DNA from: Octopus sinensis
Lineage: Eukaryota
Assembly: GCF_006345805.1 (NCBI RefSeq)
Contig: NC_042998.1
Location: 39,122,001 to 39,186,000, forward strand
Reading direction: 5' to 3'
DNA length: 64,000 nt
The first letter of the stretch is position 1; each line of letters starts with the position of its first letter. The notes below the pieces were generated by a model. It ran no database searches. It had not been told where the DNA came from and saw only the letters and a program-made list of their open reading frames with translations. Made by a program: the position numbers and the translations under genes. Positions 1-12,900 of this stretch are shown here, in pieces.

Positions 1-366
1 TACTCATTAAAACATGTCTAAGTAATTTTCTAAATGAATTTCCTGTGCACTATTAGAATTGTTTCTTCTTAACAAATTTGTATTCTTGAAATCCAAAATA
101 CTACGGATTCACTGATGAATGTTTCTATGGAGGAGTCTGCTTGTATGTGCTCCATTATCCAATCTACTCCTTAGACCATTCTTACACATTTCTTAATTTC
201 TGGTTAACGTTCCCATATATTCCCATAATTGTTGCATACGTGTATCTGTGTTGTCAAGTAGCGTGTAATTCAAATAAATATTTTACTCTTGATTCTAGCT
301 GAGTGAAAATAGCATTGGTTCTATGTTAGTCTTAGGAATTGCATTATTTCATTGTTTAAACAATGT

Positions 367-763
367 GATCATCAACATCATCATCATCATCATTTAGCGT
401 CCGTTCTCCATGCTAGCATGGGTTGGACGGTTCAACTGGGGTCTGTGAAGCCGGAAGGCTTCATCAGGCCTAGTCAGATCTGGCAGTGTTTCTACGGCTG
501 GATGCCCTTCCTAACGCCAACCACTACGTGAGTGTAGTGGGTGCTTTTTACGTGCCACCCGCACAGGTGCCAGACAGGGCTGGCAAACGGCCACGAACGG
601 ATGGTGCTTTTACGTGTCACCGGCACGGGGCCAGGCGAGGCTGGCCAAGGACACGAACGGATGGTGCTTTTACGTGCCACCAACACGGGGGCCAGACAGA
701 GCTGGCAAACGTCCACGAAACGGATGGTGCTTTTACGTGTCACCGGCACGGGGGCCAGGCGAG
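367..763 (-). mobile_element. 5'-truncated RTE LINE 3' UTR with internal ~60-bp VNTR and (ATG)n tail
   Basis: Same sequence follows the RTE ORF stop at about 25850 and 48285; (cat)n on + strand at 367-393. Confidence 0.8.
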
Positions 764-848
764 TATAAATATTATATAGAGAATCCATCACATATAATTT
801 TTACTTTTAGATACGCTTGCGTAGTTTTATAGAATATTATCATCTTAC

Positions 849-994
849 CCTGTAATCATTAGGAAAGGTAGATAATCTGTGCCCTTGGGCGTCTTGGGCC
901 ACCAAAGAGTTTCTGTTGAGGCTGTACTCTATTTGATGGTTTCGGTCTTTATCAGTGGCATTGATTCTCAAAATAATGCTTTCCAAAGGTAATT
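849..994 (-). CDS. Cadherin exon t (1/0): [48 protein letters not shown]
   Basis: actttcag acceptor, AGG|gtaaga donor, ATDKD motif. Confidence 0.92.
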
Positions 995-3900
995 CTGAAA
1001 GTAAAAAGTAAAACAAATACTTTGAAAAGTAAAAAAGCTAAACAACAAAAGGGGCCACAAATTACCAAACTAATACAATGGTAATACACTCTCCTAGATT
1101 GTGTGCAAAAACTGATGCATCTTCTCCTTTGTCTAACAAGCAAAGTATATTCATTTAAAGAGCAAATTTCTTGTAAATATTTAGGTAAGAAGATTTACTC
1201 ATCAGTGTTTCTATGCCTGAGTGTGTCTGTGTGTCTTTCAGCCTCTCTCTATCCAATCCACTCATCAAATACATACAGAAAACAATTATGAAAACACGTG
1301 GCTTAGTTGTTGGGGGATTCGGCTAACGATTGCAAGGTTGTGAGTTCGTTTTCAGGTGGTGAGTCGAGTCCTTGAACAAGACACTTTATTTGCATTGCTC
1401 CAATTCTCTCAGCTGGCAAATATGAATTGTACCTGTATTTTCAAGGACTAGGCTTGTCTCATTCTCCCTGAGAACTATGTTAAGGGTAAGTGTCTGTGGA
1501 GGGCTCAGCCACTTGCATGCTAACTTCATGAGCAGACTATTACGGCAATGGCTGCTCCATGGATCAGATCAACTGGAACCTATGTCACCGTAATCAACGG
1601 AGCGTCGTGTTTTCTTTTATACAGAAAAAGTACAACACTAGCTGAGAAGAGCAGAACTCAAAAGTGAAACCGAAGAGTATTTTATTGCAACCCAGAATCA
1701 AACTTTTGCATAAGAAACTCCGAAATCATATGATAAACTAGTATACATTGTGTATTTCTAGAAACTAGAAAGAAAACAATTAATTTGCCAAAAGAATCTC
1801 AAAGAAGGACAAAGTGGCCATACTCTAAGACATATCAACCTACATAGACAAGGAGATAAAAGCTAAATACCGGATACTATGACTAAAGACCACCAGAATA
1901 AAAAGTACCTGCCAATTGAAGTACGGTGTCCAACAAATGATTTATGTCTCTAAAAGAAATAGAGAAATTATCCAAATATAAAGGTTTAGAAATAGATAAC
2001 CTGAATGTGGGCTGTGGGAACTGAAGACTAACTAAAATTATTCATATAATAAGAAGGTGCCTGGGAAACGATAATAATATACTAATTTGTGGTACTACAT
2101 ATGCCATGTGACAAATTTAACTCTATTAGTGGATGTAACAAATCTGTTTATAAAAACACATCCTGCTGCCTCATACGAGGGTGGGCTGAAAAGTTCACAG
2201 GCTGACTAAGAAGGATTTATCATACAGTAATTAAATTTGGCATGCATTAAATTCACCATTTACTGATGCTAGTTACATTTTTTCTTTCCAGATAAACCCA
2301 CATTGGATACAGAATTGAGGACTTGGAAAAGTGGTACTAGAGACATTTCATGAAAATGGATAAAATTTGGCACCGTGGTGTTATCAAATATTTGCGGAAA
2401 AAAAGGTTAGCCCCACCAAGGACATTCATGCTGACATGGTTTCTACATTAGGAGATAATGCTCCAAATGTAGGCAGCTGTATTCATGAGGGGTAGGGAGA
2501 GTCTTGAAGGTGACCTAAGGTCCGGAAGTCCTGCCAAAGTCACCACCCAAGAAAACATCAACCATGTTCACCATATGATGATGGATGACAGACATTTAAA
2601 TGTTAATCAGATAGCTAATGCTGTAGGCATCTCCCGTGAATGGGTTGAGGACATTCTGCATAATGACATTCTGGCATGTCGAAGGTTTCCGCTCGGTGGG
2701 TGCCACGATTTCTGACGCCTGATCAAAAGCACACCAGGATGGTCATGTCGCAGGCAAACTTGGCACTTTTTGAAGCGACTCCAGCCAGTTTTCTTGAATG
2801 TTCCCTCACCCAAGATCAATGTTGGGTTCACCACTTTGAGCCAGAGACCAAACAGCAGTTCATGCAGTGGAAACACCCGTTTTCTCTCCCACCAAAGAAA
2901 GCCAAGGTGGTGTGTTCAACAGAGAAGGTGATGACCTCCGTCTTCTGGGATGCAAAGGGCATTGTGTTCATTGACTACCTTCAAAAAGGCCATAATATCA
3001 ATGGCAAATACTATGCCAACTTGCTGAGGCAGCTGTGAAAGGCAATCAAGCCAAAACAGCCTGGAAAACTGGACGAAGGGGGGTCCTGCTTCCCCATGAC
3101 CTAGACGACAATGCTCCTACACACAAGCCTGAGGTTGCAAAGGCTGCTGTGCATGACTGGGGTTTGGAACTGGTTGATCACCTTCCAATATTGCCCTTAT
3201 TTGGCACCATCTGACTATTTTCTGTTCCCCAATAGGAAAAAAACACTTGGCTGGAAAGCTGTATCAAACCGACGATGAGGTCATATCTGCTGTTGAGGAC
3301 ATTTTTTGAGGGTCAGGATGAGAGCTTCTATATGATGGAATCCAAGCACTGCGACACTGATGAGAGAAGTGTATGAACAGTTAAGGAGACTGTGTTGAAA
3401 AATAAAACACATTTGATCAAGTTCGACCATTGCATCGTGGTCAGCAAATGAACTTTTCAGCCCAGCCTCATATATCTAACAGCCAATGGCTATCGACCCC
3501 TTGAAGAGAAAACAGTAGGAAAAAAGAGGTATTGAATGGCAGGGCACAATAAAGAACACAGTTACCGATGTTGCCGGATACTTTTCGAATTAAGAACAAG
3601 AAGCTCTGTTATTGACAGTAAGGGTAAACCAATCATAGGCAACAACTGCAAAGGCCTACTTTTCTATGGCTGTGTATGTTCCTCTAAACCAATGACAAAA
3701 CCTATTTTCGATCTAGTTGACAAATGCCGTCTAAATAAGACAACAGAAACAAGAACCTTTTTCAAAACAAAAGCTGCTGCTGCATAAGATGTTCAATGGG
3801 ACTTGAATCAGTGGTGGAGGTGCCGTGCAGATTTCTCATTGAGCAGCTGGAAGGGCCCAGAAGGATAAAGAATCAAGGAAAATGTGGAACAAAGAAATAA

Positions 3901-6900
3901 ATGCAATTGTTATGGAGCATTGTTATAGAAGTCAGTGCACAGGTGAATATGGAAGACCCAAAAGGGGAGAGAGAAAGAGGATGTACCAAGAATGGTAACA
4001 ACGAGGAATATTTCAAACAACAGAACAACAATTATGCAGAATGACAAGAGAGAAATCCATTAAGAGATTTACAACAAGAAAAGAAATTCCGAAAAGAGTT
4101 TAAGAAGACAATGCAGAATAATGTCCCATTGTTAATAATGAAGGGCCGAGACCATTAGAGCTCCTCAAATTGCAGAAAAGTTACAAATCAATCTGCCTGA
4201 GGTATGAAGGATAATGGACAAAACCATCACAGATGAAGAAAGAAAAATTGCAGATCGAGTAGCAGAGTTAGTAAGGTATGGTTGGGGAATTTGGGAGTGA
4301 TATGTGACTTTAAGAAAGTGGACCAATGGAAACTGATGCAGCAAATCGGTAAAGTACTCGAGATCTTCAAGTGATGTACACGCTAACAATATCACCGTAA
4401 GTAAGAGACTAGTAAAAGGCAGTGAGTATAATGGTGGTAGAAAATTTGGGATTTGAAGTAAGATGGCATTTAAGCGACGGGAATAATCCGAACAATGAAC
4501 CAAGATGGACGTCGTTCATCCTTCAGTTCTGCTTATTGTCATTGCTTAATTATGTGTATTAAGAAAAAGGAGATAGTGAGAAATTGGATAAAAAGTATAT
4601 AAACTGGATAAAATGATTAACAGCATTACGTCTGCCTTCCTGTTCTGAGTTCAAATTCCACCAAAGTTTCATCCTTTCAAGGGTCAATGAAATAGTACCT
4701 ATTTCTTTACTACCCACAAGGGGCTAAACATAGAGGGGACAAACAAGTACAGACAAACAGATTAAGTCGATTACATCGACCCCAGTGCATCACTGGTACT
4801 TAATTTATCAACCAAGGATGAAAGGTAAAGTCAACTGCCAACGTTTCTGCCAGCTCGCCACCTTCGAAATAGTACCAGTTGATCTAATCGACTTATCCCC
4901 TCTCACTAAGCTTATGCCAACACTTGAAACCGATGATTCTCCTCCCCGACAAAAGCAATAAATGATTCTCAACTTCACTCACTCTCATCAACTGTTTTGA
5001 TATACTCGGAGCGATCAAACTTTGGTGCCTTGTTATTTATATCCTCGAGATTTATGATCACAGTCGTGTTGCCGGTCAGTCTTGGGGTCCCTTGATCTTC
5101 AGCAATTACCTGAAGTATAAAAACAAAGAATTATAACGAAGGCAAACTAAAACATATTTTTTTCTCTTGAGTGTTTAAAACTATTTTTATATCCTTTCCG
5201 ATCCTTTCATCTAAATATTGCATGGAAGAAAACTTTCATGCAACTGTATACTCCTCTCAAAGGACACTTCCATGGAACACCATGTCAGCTACGTAGTCTT
5301 TATTGGTGTTGGTACAAATGGAATTAAATAGGATGTTATTAGTGATGTGGAGGTGAAGGTGGTGGTGAGGAGGATATGCAAGGGGTGGTGTTCGACGTTA
5401 GGTGTTGGAAGAACCTATGATACGTGGTGAATTTTCAGTCGCAAATCAGTTTTGATTTAAATGACAAATGATCAAAAACTTTTCAGCCATGACCATCCCA
5501 CGCTTTTCAGACATAGTATGTCTAGAAGTAGTAGTAGTAGTAGAAATAGCGGATGTGACAGCGGTAGTGATGATAGCGGTGTCAATGAGTGACGGTGCCA
5601 GCAAGTGACAACGGTGGTCATGGGCAGTGGCAACAATAAAAGTGATACTGGTGCAGCAATCTTCAGGTGAACCAGTAACTGGGCTGATACTTCAACGCTT
5701 TCCCATAATGAATTAATGTGTAACAATGCTTGATTATTAAACAAAGTGATGCAGTACAACCGGCCGTCGTACTAGAGGCTAATAATATATTTTCGTTCGT
5801 TGATCATTTGTGCTGTAAATTTTCAATTTAAACAAAATAATGTTGGTACAGTCTCAAACTTGTTTTGCTGACAATTTTTAATCATTTCAATTAATTGTGC
5901 ATTAAAATTATTCAAATTGTAGAAAGACATATAATGTCTATATCACTTGAAAGAGAAAAAAATTCTACATAAACTGTGAAACGTAAAATCATTTTATATG
6001 GTTTTGTTAAAAACATATACATGAAGGAATAGAACTGTCATCACTGGTCTTAAACTTATTTTGGCCAATGGATGCAGTTAAGCTACAATTTATAATATTT
6101 ATCCCGTAGAAAGTAAACAAATATGAATGCATTGTTATTCTGATTCACCGTGAAAGAAAGGAGATAACACTGACCACCCTTCAAGTGATTATTACTTACA
6201 AAGGGAACTGAACAGCAAAGGGTTTTCAAATCAAGCACAATTTAGGAAATAGCTGAAAGGACTTGACTAAATTTCCATATCATACATTAGTCGGAGGCAT
6301 AAATAATTAATTAATATTTTATGCACAAAAAGTTGATATTAAAAAATCTCAGATAAATTTCATGTAGTCTGCAGTTCATATCTACGCTGTAGAAAGTAAA
6401 CAAATATGAATATATCTTGTTAGTCTCATCGCTCACAGAAAAATAAAGAAGTGAACTCAACAGGTTTCATCATTGATATGACAAGTTGATAAAACACATG
6501 CACATTGTATTTATTGAGGTTGATTATTTGATCCTATCTTTTAAACCTTTCGTTATCGTATTTATTTTGGGATGCTCTGTGTTTTTTTCAACTAATTTTA
6601 AATATAACAAAGAATTTAGTAAAATAACTTAGTTATCATTTAGCTAGTGTTAGGAACATAAATTGTGACTAAGGTTTGGTGGAAGATTTTAATTCAAAAC
6701 TTATGAAAACAAGACATTTGTACTACAGGGCCAGAGACGGTTTCAGCCGGGTTGGTAACAAAAGGGTTAAGCTTCTAAATATGTTTCCAGCATTTTAATG
6801 GTTTAGTCATGAGAAAGACACTATGCTGAAGACACTTGTGAATCTGGTGAAGCTGATGAGGTCGCTATTCAGCTTCAACATCTGTAAACTGACTCATTGG

Positions 6901-9900
6901 GAGAAAATGTTCTGCACTTTTGGAATTGTGGTTTTGTGCAAAATCTATTGGGGAAAGATACAATATGAATAATAAAACGAAGCAAGATTAATGTTTCAGA
7001 TGGGAGATGCCATACAGCTTAGCAGTTGTGTGTTAGAGGTGAACAGGTGATTAGTAAGATAATTTTTCCCAATCAACTGGATGGTTTTTCTTTTGGATAC
7101 AGAAGGGAAGGTTTGTATGCATAGCAGTAGCACTGGCTGGAATGTAGGTTTATGATTCTCACTTGAGTTTTGTAGTGAATTAGCAGCAGTTCAAGGCCAA
7201 AGTATTTTCTTGATATAATCTTCAGGACCCATTGCTTCTTATGGAATGTATATGAGATCATATTGTAATATCAAGCATCAGTAGCCATTTTGAATGCTTT
7301 GAAGTGTGTGATGTTCTTGGTTAAAGAGATACAAAATTGTTTCCTTCACATATGCACCGGCTTCCTTTTTTGTGCTGCTACAATAAAGTCTACTGGTTAA
7401 GGAGTGAAGTGTAGCATGGTTGTGTAGGATGGTTGTGATCACTGTCAAAGAGTTACAATAATTCGGTGGAGAGTGATGGTTGCAGCAGACTTGATTGTAT
7501 GCAGCAAAGATACGATCTGATGCTCTGGCCCAAAATTTAAGAGACGGATGGCATCTACAGTTCCTGCAGAAGGTTTTGAAGATGATTGTTAACAATTGTT
7601 CATTCTATTTGAAATATTCCCATAGATATGGGTTTCATAGCTGACAGGGCGAGAAAGGTGGCTCCTTCCACAAATTAGAGGGCTAAATACATTCCACACA
7701 TTAGAGCATCAAGTATTTAATTAGGTGATTATAACTTAACGATGATAGTAAAAGAGCGGCTGTAAACATGCATGTATTTCCCAAAGGTATTTGCGACACA
7801 CGTAAAATGACTTACTACAAAAGGTTGTAGATTCAGTTTATCATTTACATAGGCACGGGAGTGGCTGTGTGGTATGTAGCTTGCTAACCAACCACATGGT
7901 TCCGGGTTCAGTCCCACTGCGTAGCACTTTGAGCAAGTGTCTTTTACTATAGCCTCGGGCTGACCAAAACCTTGTGAGTAGATTTGGTAAATGGAAACTG
8001 AAAGAAGTCCGTTGTGTGTATATGTGTGTGTGTGTTTTTCCCCACAACATCGCTTGACAACTGAAGCTGGTGTGTTTACGTCCCCGTAACTTAGCAGTTC
8101 AGCAAAAGAGACCGATAATATAAGTACTAGGCTTACAAAGAATAAGTCCTAGGGTCGATTTGCTTGACTAAAGGTGGTACTCCAGCATGGCCAGAGTCAA
8201 AATGACTGAAACAAGTAAAAGAATAAAAGAATATATTGTACATTGAATATATGTACACATTTAAAAAGGAGTCAAACGTGAATCCATCGACAGATTGTGT
8301 CGATGAGCACTGAGGAAAATAAATAATCTGCCAAGCCAAATTCACAACTCGATTTAATGAGCCCGTTGGAATCATTTCGCTTGATTTTGTGTGGATAATA
8401 CAATAGAAAAAAGAAAATGGTATCTACTTTACTGCTTTTCAAGCATCATACCTGCATGTTGTATTTGCTATAGACATCAAAATCCAGCACTGCTTGAGAT
8501 GCTACATAAATCTTGCCAGTACGTGAATCAATATTAAAATTATCGAAGCTGCCACTTTTAATGCTGTAAGTAATTAGTGCATTGGATCCAATGTCTTTAT
8601 CAACTGCCTGTACAGAGAGCACCGAGGTTCCTGGAATAAATAATAAAACAATGAAAATGGTCAGTTTTTTCTTCTTACACTTTCCATTTACTAATAATCA
8701 TAGTTGTTAATTAACGAAATAAACTTAAGAATGATTAATCAAAATTGATTAAAGTCAGTTTCTTCTTATCAGTACGAGCTTAATTTGAATTGCTCATGTC
8801 CTTTTAGTTTTCAAGTTTTGTAACAATCTTCTTTAAATTTTTCAAATAAAGAAATTGGTCTATAACGAACAAGTTAATTTCAACAAAATTTAAACAACTA
8901 CATAGGCACAGGAGTGGCTGTGTGGTAAGTAGCTTGCTAACCAACCACATGGTTCCGGGTTCAGTCCCACTGCATGGCACCTTGGGCAAGTGTCTTCTAC
9001 TATAGCCTCGGGCTGACCAAAGCCTTGTGAGTGGATTTGGTAGACGGAAACTGAAAGAAGTCCGTTGTATATATGTATATATATATATATATATGCGTGT
9101 GTGTGTTTGTGTGTCTGTGTTTGTCCCCCTAGCATTGCTTGACAACCGATGCAGGTGTGTTTATGTCCCCGTTACTTAGTGGTTCGGCAAAAGAGACCGA
9201 TAAAATAAGTACTGGGCTTACAAAAGAATAAGTCCCGGGGTCGAGTTGCTCGATTAAAGGCGGTGCTCCAGCATGGCCGCAGTCAAATGACTGAAACAAG
9301 TAAAAGAGAGAAAGAAATTGGTCTATAATGAACAAGTTAATTTCAACAACATTTAAACAACTACCAGAACGTGCGTATTGGCAACCTGTCAGTTGCAATG
9401 ATGAGGGCTCTAGCTGACCCCATCAACGAAACAGCCTGCTGCTGAAATTAACATGCAAGTGGTTGAGCGCTCCACAGACATGTGTACCCCTAATGTTGTT
9501 CTCAGGGAGATTCAGCTAACCTTTCAAAATACAGGGTAATACTCATTTTTGCCAAGGTGAGTGGACTGGAGCAATGTGAAATAAAGTGTCTTGCTCAAGG
9601 ACACAATGTGCTGTCAGGAATTGAACTTGGGACCTTATAATCGTGAGCCAAATACCCTAACCACTAAGCCACGTGCCTTCACATGTGCATATACAGATAT
9701 ATAGATATATGTGTGTGTATTCAATTATAACTGTATACATATATATGTATGTATGTATATATTTGTGTATATATGTATGTCTGTGTTTTTGTCTGCATTC
9801 TGTGAGTGACTGAGTGTATGGTTGGATGGCACATTCCTGAGAATCAAAATTGATACATAAACACACACACACATATATATATATGTGTATATATATATAT

Positions 9901-12900
9901 ATATATACATCATCATCATCGTTTAGCAATTTACAGGAGCAGGTGTTTAGGAATTCTCTGTTACATGAAGCTAAAAAATTTGCACCAGCCTTTAAATCGT
10001 CAATGTGTTGCCGTCCATGATGAAGAAGTTTTGAATGCTTGCCATGGTGAGTCTACTGTCGTGAGAAAAAATCACTTCAAAGCTTGGTGTTTAGGAATTT
10101 TCTTTTACATCAAGTTCAAAATTTTACGCCAGCCATTAAACTGTCACTACGTTGCTGTCCGTCGTTAAGAAATGCCAGCCATGGTGAGCCTACTATCCTC
10201 AGATTCTATCCCTTCAAACTTGGTTTCCAATATTTTTTTTATTTTGATTCAGCTCACAAGTTCGTCTGTCTCTTTTAAATGTTAGTGTTTTGCTGTCTGC
10301 CTTGAAGCAGACCTTTCCGTTGTCACTGCCTGATATTTATGATTGATCTTTCAAAATATTTTCTTTCTCAACTTACTCAAGATCTTTTGTTGTTTATAAA
10401 TGGGAGAGAGTTAGATAGAGAAAGATAGAGAGTAAGAGAAAGCGAGGGAGAGTCCGAGAGAAAGGAAGAGTAAGAGAGTGGGAAAGTGAGAGAAACAAAG
10501 AGAGAGAATGTGGTGATAAAAAACAGAAAGGAAGCAACAGAAAGTAAGAACCACACTCTTACCCACTCTACGCGCGGGTCACCTTAAGCTAGCCTCTATA
10601 TTATAATTCTGAAATGCAAAAAGTTTGTTTGTCTGGTTTTGGCATTGAGAACGGGTTAAAGGGCACTAGATCCCATCGGATTGACTCCAAAATTTACAGG
10701 GACATGTAAAATGAGGTGAGGATGTGAGTGGGCTAGGTTAGAAATCCCTATCTCAAAAGGTTTGGTTACTAGAGCAAAAAACCCACACTTTGACAAGTCT
10801 TTTTCGTTACTCTCATTCTCTTATCTGCCTGAAGAAGTGATGCAAGAGCTGTGAAATCTTGCCTGCATTAATTTCAACTCTTCTTATTAATAACTGCATT
10901 GTTTCTTTCCAGGTAAACTGACAGCTAACCCCATATGATCACATTCAATGAGAGTGTCTTGGTCAGCCTATGAACTTTCCAGCCGATCCTCGTACACATC
11001 ATTTTATTTCTTGATCCAATCCATGGTTCCTTGCTGCACTCGCAACACTTCCTCATCCAAGAGGAGGCAGAAGCTTCAGTGAAGGAGTTCTTCACCTCGA
11101 AGGACAAGAACTGGTATCAATGTGGGATCAAAGAATTGGCAGAAACATGGCTGCAGACAGTGCCACAAATGATGACCTCCACTTTGAATTCTGGGCTGCT
11201 TTTAATTTAACTTGATGAATAAAACAAATAAGTTACCAAAATATTGCAAAACTTTTGACTTGATGCAACAATTTCCTTCGGATGATGCATCTTTCAAAGC
11301 CCAATTCACTCTACAGATTCCAACAAACTCGTTTATTTCCATTTTAAAGCTTCTTCTCTTAGAAGAACTTGAAATCAGCTGATTGCAATGATTAATGATA
11401 AACATCAGCCAATTGAAGAACTATTTTTAATATTCTTAATTGCAAGCAATTAAGAATATTAAAACTATGAGATGACTCGTTGCAGAATGGACTCCTCTGT
11501 GACCGGTTTCAGTTCTGGAGATTTTATCTAAAGCCTCCGAACATTTATTTCAGAAAACGATGAGAATTTTGAAGGCAACATAAAAGTTAATAGTGTTGTT
11601 AAGATAATGCAGAATATTATTGAGAAAAATTAGCAAAAAAGCAAATTGGCTAAAAACTGTTTTGTCCGGCAAGCGATTCTGACTGCTCGCCACCTCAAAC
11701 TGGTTGTGCCATATTGTTTATTGTTACCTAGAACTTATTGGTGCTGGGCATATATTGAAATGGTGATAACATTGGTGTTGAAGCAAATACGTTGGATTTG
11801 TTGAATTTGTGTGAGAGGTGATAGTCGTAAGAATAGGGTCGTTTAAGTTACAAACAGTTGTAATAGCGACAATGCTGTTAGTTGTTGGTGTTACTAGCAT
11901 TGATGTTGATAACAACTCTTCTGAAAACGCAAGAAATTTTTGGTTGAGGCGACAATGTTCAAGGAGAATGTTTTCCTGAATGTCTAAATCTAAAACGAAA
12001 ATAGAATCATCTGGTCTTTTTTAAGTTGATAAATTCAAATAGATTCAGAGCTTGTGTTTGTAAGTGTAGATGTGGATGTGAAAATAGTATATGTGGATGC
12101 TAGTGTATATGTTTGTAACTATAGATATGTGGATGCGAGCTGCTGTTTGTTTCGTTTGTATGTTTGTTGTTGTTTGTGGTTTTTTAGCTTCTGATATTTC
12201 TTTCAGCAGGTGATCTTTTCAAGAAAATTTCCAAAACTTTTCTAAAACATATTGGGTTATTTATATATTTTAATGTAATTTAAATACAAAAATAAAGAAA
12301 GTGATAAAAACAGAAATTCTATAGCAGCTAAACATATGTTTGGTTTTTATGAAAATAAACGATACATAATATAAATTAAAATGTATTTCTAATACAAAAC
12401 GCATATGATTAAATACATGAATAAAAATATAGTGAAGCAGTTAAGAAATAAGATTCTAAACTCATGCAAATAAGTTAATCAAAATTGAATAAGTTATATA
12501 TTTGTCTACTAAATAGCAACAACAACAGTAATAATAATCTTTTCTACTAAAGGCACAAGGCCTCAAATTTGTGGGGAGGGGATGATGAATTACATTGACC
12601 CCAGTGTTTCACTGGTACTTAATTTATTGACCCCTGAAAGAATGAAAGGTGGAATTTGAACTCAAAATGTGAAGACGGACGAAATGCTGCTAAGCATCTC
12701 ATACGGCTGACCATTCTTCCAGCTTGCCATCTTATCAACAGCAATAATAATAATCTTCCCTATAAAAATATTATTTCTCCTTCTTCTTCTTCCCATTTCT
12801 TGCCGAGTGTCACACATCCCAAAGTGACGCTCAGGTGTTGTTATTACTATTATAGTGATTTGACTCAGGTGTGTTCTTATTCCAGGTAGAATTCATGTAG

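Noticed and set aside
486-832. Repetitive ORFs (DGAFTCHRHG) here and at other copies
   Set aside because: They come from the VNTR in the RTE 3' UTR; frames are not conserved between copies.
11727-11920. Exon-like Thr/Ser-rich segment with AG and GT ends on the minus strand
   Set aside because: Phase 1/2 would shift the frame between exons q and r, which already join correctly; no cadherin features.
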